Shown here piece by piece: positions 28,667-37,875 of a stretch of DNA of 64,000 nt. The first letter of the stretch is position 1, and each line of letters opens with the position of its first letter. This stretch comes from an uncultured Actinomycetota bacterium (lineage in GTDB: Bacteria > Actinomycetota > Actinomycetes > Propionibacteriales > Nocardioidaceae). The notes below the pieces were generated by a model. That model saw only the letters and a program-made list of their open reading frames with translations, was not told the origin of the DNA and ran no database searches. Made by a program: the position numbers and the translations under genes. The DNA lies in NCBI GenBank assembly GCA_963834275.1, contig CAWIBA010000006.1, positions 19,129 to 83,128 on the forward strand, in the 5' to 3' direction.

Positions 28667-29305
28667 TCACACCGGCGACGTGCTCCAGGTGACGGTGACC
28701 GCCTCGGTGATGGTGGCCGTCCCCGGTTCGAAAGACGTCGACGCGGCCATCAGGCGCGGCGCCCCCTCGAGCGGGCGGTGACCGCCACCCGCGCCCTCGA
28801 CGACGGTGAGCGCGTGGTCCACCCGCTGACCGGCCAGCGCGGCCAGCTCGTCGGCCTTGGCCCGGGCGTCGGCGAACGCGGTCGACCGGGCCGACACGCG
28901 CAGCCGCGTGGTGTCGGCGACGAACAGCTCGACGTGGTCGACGCGCAACCGCTCGCCCACCGACTCGCCCAGGGCGGTGACCAGGTCCCCGGCCCGGTCG
29001 AGGTCGGGGCAGACGACCTCCAGCGAGTGCTGCGCGTAGAAGCCGTCGGGCCGGCCGTCGTCGGTGTGCCACTGACCCAGCTGCAGGCCGCGGCTGGCGA
29101 CCCGGTCGCCGTCCGTGAACCGACGGGCGGTGGCCGTGGCGGCGTCGACCGCCGAGGCGCAGCCGGCCAGCGCGTCGCCGACCGCGGCCGCCCGGTGCCG
29201 CACGGTGGCGTGCACCCGCAGCGTGTCCGGTACGCCGGACGCGGCGCCCTCGCCGACGGTGGTGACCGTCGACGGTGCCGCCGCCTCCTCCCCCGGTGCC
29301 GGCAT
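28667..29305 (-). CDS. SIMPL (DUF541) domain protein
   Basis: VTTVGEG...PD, AFADARAKADELAALAG and FEPGTATITEAVTVTW; TGATG coupling to metF. Confidence 0.8.
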   Translation of the reverse strand: MPAPGEEAAAPSTVTTVGEGAASGVPDTLRVHATVRHRAAAVGDALAGCASAVDAATATARRFTDGDRVASRGLQLGQWHTDDGRPDGFYAQHSLEVVCPDLDRAGDLVTALGESVGERLRVDHVELFVADTTRLRVSARSTAFADARAKADELAALAGQRVDHALTVVEGAGGGHRPLEGAPRLMAASTSFEPGTATITEAVTVTWSTSPV

Positions 29306-30219
29306 CAGACGACCGCCGTGCGCAGCCCGGCGTAGATCTCGCGGGTCGCCTTGGACCGGTTCAGCGTGTAGAAGTGCAGGCCGGGCGCCCCGCCGGCGAG
29401 GAGCGTGTCGCACAGCTCCGTCGCCACCGCGATGCCCTCGGCCCGCACCGCCGCCGGGTCGCCGTCGAAGCGGGCCACCCGCGCGACGGTCTCGTCGGGC
29501 AGGGCGGCGCCGGAGAGCTCGGCCATCCGCTTGATCTGGGCGAGGTTCGTGATCGGCATGATCCCCGGGATGATCGGGATGTCCACGCCGAAGGCCGAGA
29601 CGCGGTCGACGAGCCGGAAGTAGTCCTCGGGGCGGAAGAACAGCTGAGTGATGGCGAAGTCCGCGCCGGCTCGCGCCTTCTCCGCCAGCACCCGGGCGTC
29701 GGCCTCCGGCGACTCCGCCGAGGGGTGCACCTCCGGGAACGCCGCGACCCCGACGCAGAAGTCGCCGAGCGCCTTGGTCAGGGCGACCAGCTCCACGGCG
29801 TAGCGCAGCCCCTCGGGGTGCGGCACGTAGGCCGCCGAGGGGCCCCCGGCGGGGTCGCCCCGGAGGGCGAGGACGTTGCGCACCCCGGCCCCGGCGTACG
29901 AGCCGATCACCGAGCGCAGTGTGCGCACCGAGTGGTCCACGCAGGTGAGGTGCGCCAGCGGGGTCATCGACGTGTCCTGGGCGATCCGCTCGGTGATCCC
30001 GACCGTGCGGTCGCGCGTCGACCCGCCCGCGCCGTACGTCACCGAGACGAAGGTCGGGCTGAGCGCCTCCAGCTCGCGCAGCGCCCGCCACAGCTGCCTC
30101 TCCCCCTCAAGGTCCTTCGGGGGAAAGAACTCGAACGAGAAGGACCGCTCCCCGGCAGCGATGAGGTCCCGGACGGTGCGTGCACCGCCGGGCATCCGTG
30201 AGGGCAGTCCGAGAGCCAT
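29305..30219 (-). CDS. metF: 5,10-methylenetetrahydrofolate reductase
   Basis: SFEFFPPK, SVTYGAGG, HLTC, LALRGDP, ITQLFF and HFYTLN motifs. Confidence 0.96.
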   Translation of the reverse strand: MALGLPSRMPGGARTVRDLIAAGERSFSFEFFPPKDLEGERQLWRALRELEALSPTFVSVTYGAGGSTRDRTVGITERIAQDTSMTPLAHLTCVDHSVRTLRSVIGSYAGAGVRNVLALRGDPAGGPSAAYVPHPEGLRYAVELVALTKALGDFCVGVAAFPEVHPSAESPEADARVLAEKARAGADFAITQLFFRPEDYFRLVDRVSAFGVDIPIIPGIMPITNLAQIKRMAELSGAALPDETVARVARFDGDPAAVRAEGIAVATELCDTLLAGGAPGLHFYTLNRSKATREIYAGLRTAVV

Positions 30220-30304
30220 GCGCCCCAGGATAGGTGCCGGGGCCGCCCGGGACGCGCCCCGTCCACCGCGGCGGCACCTTCCCCGGCCCCAGTAGGCTGC
30301 GCCG

Positions 30305-31366
30305 GTGACCTGGGACCCCGCGGAGCTGCGCGCCGCCGTGCAGACCGAGCTCGACGAGTTCGTGGACGAGCAGTCCCGCCGGCTCGCGCCGCTCGGCGCC
30401 GACGCCGAGGCGCTGGTCCGGGCGGCCCACGAGGCGGTCCGGGGCGGCAAGCGGTTCCGCGCGGCGTTCTGCCACTGGGGCTACCGGGCCGTGCGCGACG
30501 ACGTCCCCGACCCGGGCGCGCTGGTCCGTGCCGCCGCGTCGCTGGAGCTCCTGCACGCCAGCGCGCTGGTGCACGACGACTACATGGACGCCTCCGACAC
30601 CCGACGCGGACGCCCGGCCACGCACGCCATGTTCGCGGCGCGGCACCGGGAGCTGGGCTGGTCCGGCGCCGCCGAGCAGTACGGCGCGGCCGCGGCGATC
30701 CTGCTCGGCGACCTGCTGCTGTCCTGGTCCGACGAGCTGCTGCGGCGGTGCGGCTTCGCCGACGACGTGGTCCGCGACGCGCTCGGCGTCTTCGACCACA
30801 CCCGCAGCGAGGTGATCGCCGGGCAGTTCCTCGACGTCTCGGTGCAGGCGCGCGGCGAGTCCGACGTCGAGCTGGCGATGCGGGTGCTGCGCTACAAGTC
30901 CGCCAAGTACTCCGTCGAGCGACCCCTCCATGTCGGCGCCGCGCTGGCCGGTGGGGACGAGTCGGTGCGCGCGGAGCTGTCGGCGTTCGGCCTGCCGCTC
31001 GGTGAGGCGTTCCAGCTGCGGGACGACCTGCTCGGCGTGTTCGGGGACCCGCAGCTGACCGGCAAGCCGGCCGGCGACGACCTGTCCGAGGGCAAGCGCA
31101 CGGTGCTGGTCGCGCTCGCGCTGCGGGCGGCCCCCGCCGAGGGGGCGGCCCGCCTCGAGGCCGGGCTCGGCCGCCGGCTGAGCGAGGACGAGGTGGCCGA
31201 GCTGCGGCACGTGATCGAGCAGTCCGGGGCCGCGGCCGAGGTCGAGGAGCGCATCCGGGTGCTGACCGACGAGGCCCTCGGCGCCCTCGAGGCCGGCGCG
31301 TTCGCCGAGCCGGCCCGGGCGGCGCTGCGCGAGCTCACCGCCGCCGCCACCCAGCGCGTCCACTGA
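30305..31366 (+). CDS. idsA: Polyprenyl (GGPP) synthetase
   Basis: GGKRFR, LVHDDYMD..RRG, GQFLD, YKSAKY, FQLRDDLLG and GDDLSEGK motifs. Confidence 0.9.
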   Translation: MTWDPAELRAAVQTELDEFVDEQSRRLAPLGADAEALVRAAHEAVRGGKRFRAAFCHWGYRAVRDDVPDPGALVRAAASLELLHASALVHDDYMDASDTRRGRPATHAMFAARHRELGWSGAAEQYGAAAAILLGDLLLSWSDELLRRCGFADDVVRDALGVFDHTRSEVIAGQFLDVSVQARGESDVELAMRVLRYKSAKYSVERPLHVGAALAGGDESVRAELSAFGLPLGEAFQLRDDLLGVFGDPQLTGKPAGDDLSEGKRTVLVALALRAAPAEGAARLEAGLGRRLSEDEVAELRHVIEQSGAAAEVEERIRVLTDEALGALEAGAFAEPARAALRELTAAATQRVH

Positions 31367-31380
31367 GCCGACGGGGCAGG

Positions 31381-32067
31381 ATGAGGCGCATGCCGACGCC
31401 CCGGACCCTGGCCGCCGTCGCGGCCTACACCGCCCTCTCCGTGACCGACTCCGTGCTCGCGGGCCGGCCCGGGCCGTCAGCCCGCCGGGCGCGGCACGTC
31501 GTCAAGCCGCTGCTGATGCCGGCGCTGGCCGCCGCCTTCCGGTCGGGGACCCCACGCGACGGTGACCGGATGCGGCGCGGCACCGCGGTCGCGCAGGCGT
31601 TCTCCTGGGGCGGCGACGTGGCGCTGCTCGGGCACGGCGAGCGCGCCTTCCTCACCGGCGTGGGCTCGTTCTTCGCCGCGCACGTCGCCTACGTGGCGGG
31701 CTTCTCCGCCGCCCGCAGCCCTCGACCCGCCGGGCCCGCCCGGGCCGCGGCCGGGCTGTGGCTGGCCACCGGGCCGGTGATGGCCGCCATGGCACGCCGC
31801 CGCTCGCCCCGGCTGGCCGGGCCGGTCGCGGCGTACTCGGGGGTCCTCGCCACCATGTTCGGCGCCTCGATGGCCCTCGACCCGACGCTGCCCCGGCGGG
31901 CCCGGGCCACGGTGCGCGCCGGCACCACGCTGTTCCTGGTCTCCGACACCCTGCTGGGGCTGCGGATGTTCGTGCTCGACGAGCCGCACCCGGCGCTCGA
32001 GCGGGCGGTGATGGCCACCTACACCGGCGGCCAAGGCCTCATCGCCTGGGGCGTCGCCCAGGGCTGA
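31381..32067 (+). CDS. YhhN/lysoplasmalogenase family membrane protein
   Basis: KPLLMP, GDVALL, FFAAHVAY, FLVSDTLL and VMATY motifs. Confidence 0.85.
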   Translation: MRRMPTPRTLAAVAAYTALSVTDSVLAGRPGPSARRARHVVKPLLMPALAAAFRSGTPRDGDRMRRGTAVAQAFSWGGDVALLGHGERAFLTGVGSFFAAHVAYVAGFSAARSPRPAGPARAAAGLWLATGPVMAAMARRRSPRLAGPVAAYSGVLATMFGASMALDPTLPRRARATVRAGTTLFLVSDTLLGLRMFVLDEPHPALERAVMATYTGGQGLIAWGVAQG

Positions 32068-32227
32068 GGGACGCCGCCCGACACAGGCGTCCGACGTGCG
32101 AAGGACGGAGCCGCACGGGCGGCCCCGTCCTTCGTTCCCCTGTGCCGCCGACCCGGGTCGAGGAGGCCGGCGGCAGGTCTGTGGCGAGCATCCGCTCGCA
32201 GGAGGCGCTCCCGCGCCTGATGGTCGC

Positions 32228-32626
32228 TCAGCCGAGCGGGACGGCGAGCTCCTGACCGGCTGCCAGGCCGGAGCCGGAGAGCGCGTTGAGCTCCTGGATG
32301 CGGTGCACCATCGCGCGCACCTGCCCGGGCTCGGCCGCCTCCGAGGCGATCCCCCACAGGGTGTCGCCGGGCTCGACGACCACCTGACGGGTCGGCACCG
32401 GCCGGCCGGCCTCCCCGGTCGCGGCGGAGGTCGCACCGAAGACGGTGAGCACGACGGTGACGGCGACGAGGAACAGCAGCGTCAGCACCAGCCGGCCGCG
32501 GCGGGTGAGCCGGACCGCCGTCGGCGCCGGGCGCGGGGGCGCCACGGCGACGACCCGGTGCGTCACCGGGGAAACGCGACGCCTGCGGGGGGCGGCCAGG
32601 CCGGGGGTGGCGGCGAAGGTGCTCAT
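32228..32626 (-). CDS. TM + LysM protein, ChiZ/YneA-like SOS cell-division inhibitor
   Basis: RLTRRGRLV-TM, VEPGDTLWGIA...IQELNAL...GQELAVP; SOS boxes upstream; near lexA. Confidence 0.85.
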   Translation of the reverse strand: MSTFAATPGLAAPRRRRVSPVTHRVVAVAPPRPAPTAVRLTRRGRLVLTLLFLVAVTVVLTVFGATSAATGEAGRPVPTRQVVVEPGDTLWGIASEAAEPGQVRAMVHRIQELNALSGSGLAAGQELAVPLG

Positions 32627-32730
32627 CTCGGACCTCCGGGGGAAGGAGTCGGCGGTGTGCATGTCCGAAGGTGTATCGGGGTGCACCGACAGGAACGCGA
32701 CGCCGACGCCCGGGAGCCGGGGATCGCGGG

Positions 32731-32814
32731 TCGAATGCCTGTTCGATCGAACATGTGTGCGACGTTAGAGCATGTGTTCGAACGAAAGCAAGGACGACTC
32801 GCACGGATGTTCGA
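32731..32814. promoter_or_regulatory. Four LexA SOS-box-like sites
   Basis: TCGAAT-GCCT-GTTCGA (32731), TCGAAC-ATGT-GTGCGA (32747), TAGAGC-ATGT-GTTCGA (32766), TCGCAC-GGAT-GTTCGA (32799). Confidence 0.8.
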
Positions 32815-32845
32815 ACGGATCCGGCGCCGGAGGGGCGCGGCCGGG

Positions 32846-33685
32846 TCAGCGCCCGCGCATCACCCGGCGACCGAGCACCTCGGCGACCCGGAACCCCGCG
32901 CCGGTCCGCGACGGCAGCAGCGAGCCCGCCCGGATCAGCGGCGCGCGCCAGGTCGGCAGCGTGCGCACCACGCGCCGGCCGCCGACCAGCGCCACGGCGG
33001 CCTCGGCCACCTCGTCGACGTCGAGGAGCCGCCCGCTCGAGTGCACGATCGCCTTCGCGGGCCCGTCCGCCCGCATCGTCCGGACCATCTCGGTGTCGAC
33101 GCCGTCGGGGCACAGCGCGTGCACCCGGACGCCGCGGGGCGCCTCGAGCGCGGCCGAGGTCGTCACCGAGACCACGGCGGCCTTGGTGGCGGCGTACACA
33201 GCCAGCCCCGGCACCGGGCCCAGGGCGGAGGCCGAGGCCACGTTCACGACGTCGCCGCCGCCGGGGCCGAAGGCGGCGAGCGCCGCGCGCATCCCCCACA
33301 GCACCCCGAGCAGGTTGACCTCGACCAGGGCCCGGACCGAGTCGGAGGACAGCTGCACCAGCGTGCCGTCGTCGCCGATCCCGGCGTTGTTGACCCAGAC
33401 GGTCAGCGCGCCGTGCCGGGCAGCCTCCTCGACCACGCGGGCGTGGGAGTCCTCGTCCCGCACGTCCTGCGCGACCCAGCTGGCGGCGCCGACCTCCGCG
33501 GCGGTACGCCGGACCCGGTCCGCGTCGAGGTCGGTGACCACCACGGCGTGACCGCGCTCGACGAGCCGCCGAGCCACCGCCCGGCCGATGCCGCGGGCCG
33601 CGCCGGTGACGACGGCCACCCCGGGGCCGGGCGTGGGCTCGGGCGCGGGAGCGGGGTCGACGGCGGGCTCGGGCGGCGGCGTCAT
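32846..33685 (-). CDS. Short-chain dehydrogenase/reductase
   Basis: TGAARGIG, VNNAG and YAATK motifs. Confidence 0.92.
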   Translation of the reverse strand: MTPPPEPAVDPAPAPEPTPGPGVAVVTGAARGIGRAVARRLVERGHAVVVTDLDADRVRRTAAEVGAASWVAQDVRDEDSHARVVEEAARHGALTVWVNNAGIGDDGTLVQLSSDSVRALVEVNLLGVLWGMRAALAAFGPGGGDVVNVASASALGPVPGLAVYAATKAAVVSVTTSAALEAPRGVRVHALCPDGVDTEMVRTMRADGPAKAIVHSSGRLLDVDEVAEAAVALVGGRRVVRTLPTWRAPLIRAGSLLPSRTGAGFRVAEVLGRRVMRGR

Positions 33686-33712
33686 GGGCGGCAGCCAACC
33701 ACGACACGCCGT

Positions 33713-33728
33713 TCGAACATGTGTTTGA
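33713..33728. promoter_or_regulatory. LexA SOS box upstream of lexA
   Basis: TCGAAC-ATGT-GTTTGA. Confidence 0.85.
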
Positions 33729-33810
33729 ACCGACGGCGTCTTCCGCACTACGGTGGTCGCACCCGCTCCAGTGAGGACGCCCGGCTCGGCCCGGGAGAAC
33801 AGGACACGTC

Positions 33811-34530
33811 ATGGCAGGCAAGAAGCCCACCGCAGCCGGCACGCCCGGACGGGTCGCCGAGCTCCCCGACGGTCCGCCGGACGCCAGCGGCCTGACTCCC
33901 CGGCAGCAGCGCGTCCTCACCGTCATCAAGGACTCCATCGAGCGCCGCGGCTACCCGCCGAGCATGCGCGAGATCGGCGAGCGGGTCGGCCTCACCAGCT
34001 CCTCGTCGGTGGCCCACCAGCTGCGGGTGCTGGAGGAGAAGGGCTACCTCAAGCGCGACCCCAACCGGCCCCGCGCGCTGTCCGTGTTCGACCCCGACAC
34101 CAGCGGCACGCTCGACGGCACCGTCGACGAGACCGGGGTCGGCGACGCGATGCCGGCCGCCAACTACGTCCCCCTCGTCGGCCGGATCGCCGCCGGTGGC
34201 CCGATCCTCGCCGAGGAGCGGGTCGAGGAGATCTTCCCGCTGCCCAAGACCCTGGTGGGCGACGGCACCCTGTTCCTGCTGGAGGTGGCCGGCGACTCCA
34301 TGATCGACGCGGCCATCTGCAACGGCGACTACGTCGTGGTGCGGCAGCAGCCGACGGCCGAGAACGGCGAGATCGTCGCCGCGCTGCTCGACGGCGAGGC
34401 CACGGTCAAGACGTTCCAGCGCAAGGACGGCCAGGTCTGGCTGCTCCCCCACAACGACGCCTACGACCCGATCGACGGCACCCACGCGTCCATCCTCGGC
34501 AAGGTCACCGCGGTGCTGCGCCGGGTCTGA
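33811..34530 (+). CDS. lexA: SOS repressor LexA
   Basis: [22 protein letters not shown] (Ala-Gly cleavage site), GDSM and ATVK motifs. Confidence 0.98.
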   Translation: MAGKKPTAAGTPGRVAELPDGPPDASGLTPRQQRVLTVIKDSIERRGYPPSMREIGERVGLTSSSSVAHQLRVLEEKGYLKRDPNRPRALSVFDPDTSGTLDGTVDETGVGDAMPAANYVPLVGRIAAGGPILAEERVEEIFPLPKTLVGDGTLFLLEVAGDSMIDAAICNGDYVVVRQQPTAENGEIVAALLDGEATVKTFQRKDGQVWLLPHNDAYDPIDGTHASILGKVTAVLRRV

Positions 34531-34546
34531 GCCCGGGACCTGCGGC

Positions 34547-35296
34547 CTAGGTGGTGAGCTCCACCAGCAGCAGCGGACCGCCGTCGTAGCGACCTCCGTC
34601 GATCGCCACCACCAGCCCGTCCGCGTAGGCGATCGGACCCTCGATCGTCTCCGACGGCTGCCCGGTGAGCGTGCCGATGATGCTGTGCCCGTGCACGACG
34701 CAGCCGCCACCGAGCCGGGCGAGCACGTCGCGCGCCACCCGCGCGCCGTCGCCCTGCGCGAAGTCGTAGCGGCTGGTCAGCGACGCGAAGACCTCCCAGT
34801 GGGCCTCGGCGTCGTCGTCGGCCAGCAGCGACGTGACCGTCTGGTTGATGTCCTCGACCGAGTCGCCCCACTCGAGGTAGTCGGTGGTGTCGGAGTGCAT
34901 CAGCAGGTAGTCGCCGAACCGGCCCATCACGGGCAGCCCGCGCATCCAGGCGAGATGCTCGTCGGTCAGGCGCTCCTGGTCGGACCGGTGCCCTCCGTTG
35001 GGGGCCCACACCTCTCCGAAGCGGGAGTCGGGGAAGAGCCGGTAGCCCAGCGCGAGCGCCTCGTGGTTGCCCATCAGCATGTGCACCTGGTCCGGCGCCT
35101 GCTGCTGGAGCGAGCGGACCAGGTCGATCGCGCCCACGCCGTCCGGTCCCCGGTCGATGAGGTCGCCGAGCACCCACAGCTCGACGTCCCGCCCGGTCCA
35201 CCGGTCCTCGGCGTCCACCAGGTCGGCACCCCGCAGCGACTGCCGGAGGTCGTCGACGTAGCCGTGCACGTCGCTGACCACGAAGAGGGACGTCAT
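34547..35296 (-). CDS. Calcineurin-like metallophosphoesterase
   Basis: SDVHG, GDLIDRGPD, GNHE and VHGHS motifs. Confidence 0.9.
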   Translation of the reverse strand: MTSLFVVSDVHGYVDDLRQSLRGADLVDAEDRWTGRDVELWVLGDLIDRGPDGVGAIDLVRSLQQQAPDQVHMLMGNHEALALGYRLFPDSRFGEVWAPNGGHRSDQERLTDEHLAWMRGLPVMGRFGDYLLMHSDTTDYLEWGDSVEDINQTVTSLLADDDAEAHWEVFASLTSRYDFAQGDGARVARDVLARLGGGCVVHGHSIIGTLTGQPSETIEGPIAYADGLVVAIDGGRYDGGPLLLVELTT

Positions 35297-35340
35297 GGCG
35301 ACATCCTCGCAGCACCGGCACCGCCTCGTAGGCTCGCCAC

Positions 35341-36348
35341 GTGGACACCGGTACGGCCCGCCGGCTGCGGGCCGGAGCAGTCGCGGCCGCCCTGGCCGTG
35401 ACCCTCGGCTGCACCGGGAGCCCCGCTCCCGAGGGCCCCGCCGAGTCGGCCGGCGCACCCGCCTCGCCCGCGTCGTCCGCGCCCGCCGCGGCGTCCTCCC
35501 CGGCCGAGGCGACGTCGTCCCCGTCACCCACCGCGAGCGCCCGGCCGGCCCGGTTCTCGGCCGCCCGGGCCCAGGCGACCGTCCGGCACCTGGCCGGGCG
35601 GATCGGCCCGCGGCCGGCGACCGGGCCGGGGTTCCGGCGGGCCGCCGGCTGGGTGGCTCGGGAGCTCCGCGGTCTCGGGTACGACGTGCGCCGGCAGCGG
35701 TTCCGGGTGCCGGCGGGAGACTCGTGGGGGGTGCCGGTCGACGCGGGCCGGTCCGCCAACGTGGTCGCGACGCCGCCCGGGTTCGACCCGGCCCGGCCGC
35801 ACCGGCTGGTGGGCGCGCACCTGGACACGGTGGCGGTCGCCCCCGGGGCCGAGGACAACGCCAGCGGCGTCGCCGTCCTGCTCGAGCTCGCCCGCCTCGC
35901 CCGGACCCGGGAGCCGGCGCTACCGACCGTCTTCGTCGCCTTCGGGGCCGAGGAGCCGGTGGGACCCGGTGACGCGCTTCACCACTTCGGCTCCAGGCAC
36001 TACGTCGCCACGATGACCCGGCCGCAGCGGCGGGCGCTGCGCGCGATGGCCTCCCTCGACCGGGTCGGCGTCGGCGCGGTGGTGCCCGTCTGCACGGGCC
36101 CGCTCTCGCCGCCGGTCGTGCTGCGCTCGGTGCTGCGCACGGCCCGGACGCTCGGCGTGCCGGCGCGGCGGTGCCGGGACAACACCTCCAGCGACCACTG
36201 GTCCTTCGAGAAGGCGGGCTACCCGGTCGTCCGGCTCGGCAGCACGCCCTACGCCGGCTACCACTCCGCGGCCGACGTGCCGTCGGTGGTGTCCCCCGGC
36301 CAGCTCCGGCGGGTCGGCCGGGTCGCGTGGGCCTGGCTGCTCTCCTAG
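35341..36348 (+). CDS. M28-family peptidase lipoprotein
   Basis: Lipobox TLGC; GAHLDT, GAEDNASG, GAEE, SDHWSF and YHSAAD motifs. Confidence 0.88.
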   Translation: MDTGTARRLRAGAVAAALAVTLGCTGSPAPEGPAESAGAPASPASSAPAAASSPAEATSSPSPTASARPARFSAARAQATVRHLAGRIGPRPATGPGFRRAAGWVARELRGLGYDVRRQRFRVPAGDSWGVPVDAGRSANVVATPPGFDPARPHRLVGAHLDTVAVAPGAEDNASGVAVLLELARLARTREPALPTVFVAFGAEEPVGPGDALHHFGSRHYVATMTRPQRRALRAMASLDRVGVGAVVPVCTGPLSPPVVLRSVLRTARTLGVPARRCRDNTSSDHWSFEKAGYPVVRLGSTPYAGYHSAADVPSVVSPGQLRRVGRVAWAWLLS

Positions 36349-37760
36349 AACCCGAACGCCGGGCCGCTCGTCGCGCCCAGCAGCCGCAGCGTGTCGCGGC
36401 CCTCCGCCCAGCGCACGAACCGGGGCGTGAAGTCCGGGGCCATCCGGTAGGGCACCAGCTCGGCGGCCACCAGCCGGTCGCCCCACCAGGTCGTCTCCAG
36501 CACGACCCCGCGCATCGTCTCGGCCATGAAGTCCATGTCGAACACGAAGTTGCCCAGCGAGTGGACGACCAGCGCGTCACCGACGGTCGAGACGCCCTGC
36601 ACCCAGTGCGGGTGACCGCCCACCACCAGGTCGGCGCCGGCGGCGACCAGCTCGCGGGCGACGCGCCGCTGGACCGGCTCGGGACGGTTGGTGTACTGCG
36701 TCCCCCAGTGCGGCAGCGCCACGACCACGTCGACCCGGCGGTCCAGGCGGCGGACGTCGCGGAGGAACCGGTCGAGCTCGGCCCGGTCCAGCGGGCCGGT
36801 GCGCGGCGGCATGCTCACCGACACCGCCCCGGGGCGGCCGGGCCCCGCCTCCGGCGTCTCGCCGATCGCGTTGAAGCCGACGAACCCGAACCGCGTGCCC
36901 CGCCCCTCGACGACGGCCGGCCGCCGCGCCGCCGCGAGGTCCCGGCCCGGCGCCGAACGTCGCCAGGCCGGCGGCGCGCAGCCGCTCCACCGTCTGGCGC
37001 AGCGCCACCGGCCCGAAGTCCCCGGCGTGGTTGTTGGCCAGGCTCAGCACGTCGAAGCCCGCGTCGGTCGAGCGCCCGGGCCACCTCCGGGTCGGCCGCG
37101 AACGAGTCCCCGCCCTGGCGCGGGGCTCCGGCCCGCGACAGCGTGCTCTCCAGGTTGCCCACGGTCACGTCGGCGGCCGCCAGCCGGGGGGCCGTCGGCC
37201 GCAGCTGGAGGCCGTGGTCGCCTCCCGCGGCGGCCGGCCACGCCCCGGCCGAGCATCACGTCGCCGACCACGGTGAGGGTGGTGGGCGACGGCGGGCACT
37301 CCTCGGCGCCCACGCGCAGCGGGTACGCCGAGGGCCGCTTCAACGGGTGCACGCCGCCGACGACGGCCACCCGGACCCGGGCGTCCACCGCGCTCGCCGG
37401 CAGCACGGCCACCGCGTCGCGGTCCCGCACGACCGCACCCGTGCGGCGCACCAGCCGGGCCCTGGTGTCCCCCTCCGTGACGGCCCGGGCCCGGCGCTCG
37501 GTGAGCCGCCACGGACCGCGGGCGTGGTGGCGGGCCAGCACCAGCGGCTCGGTGCAGCCGGCCCCGCCCTCGGCAGACCCCGGACGCGAGGTCGGCCTCG
37601 CCGAGCCGGAGGGGGCCGCATCCCGCGCGGACGGGGACGCCGCAGGCGGGGACTGGCGCGGGTCCGGACGCGCCTGCGGCTGCGACGTGCACGCGGCCAG
37701 CACGACCAGCCACCCGACCACGCCCGCGACGACCGTGCGCGCGGGTGTGGTGTTGGTCAC
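36345..37760 (-). CDS. CapA/PGA_cap family lipoprotein (several frameshifts between about 36830 and 37250)
   Basis: Fragments in different frames: LAAC lipobox and VGDVMLGR; GNLEST; SLANNHAGDFG; HWG, GGHPHWVQ and SLGNFVFD. Confidence 0.82.
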
Positions 37761-37809
37761 GCGTCGAGCCTAGTCAGGCGTGGTCCGTGCCGTCGCGACC
37801 GTGCGGCCC

Positions 37810-37827
37810 GGTGAACCGGCGGTGAAC
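37810..37827. promoter_or_regulatory. PHO-box-like direct repeat (PhoP site)
   Basis: GGTGAAC-cggc-GGTGAAC, i.e. two GTTCACC units at 11-bp period, upstream of phoD. Confidence 0.6.
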
Positions 37828-37875
37828 TTCGCCCGGGCGCCGTTACTTTCGGCGGGTTCGGTCATTAACCAATGT

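Noticed and set aside
27357-31366. Carotenoid biosynthesis cluster
   Set aside because: Only a desaturase-like gene and a polyprenyl synthase; no phytoene synthase or cyclase in the window.
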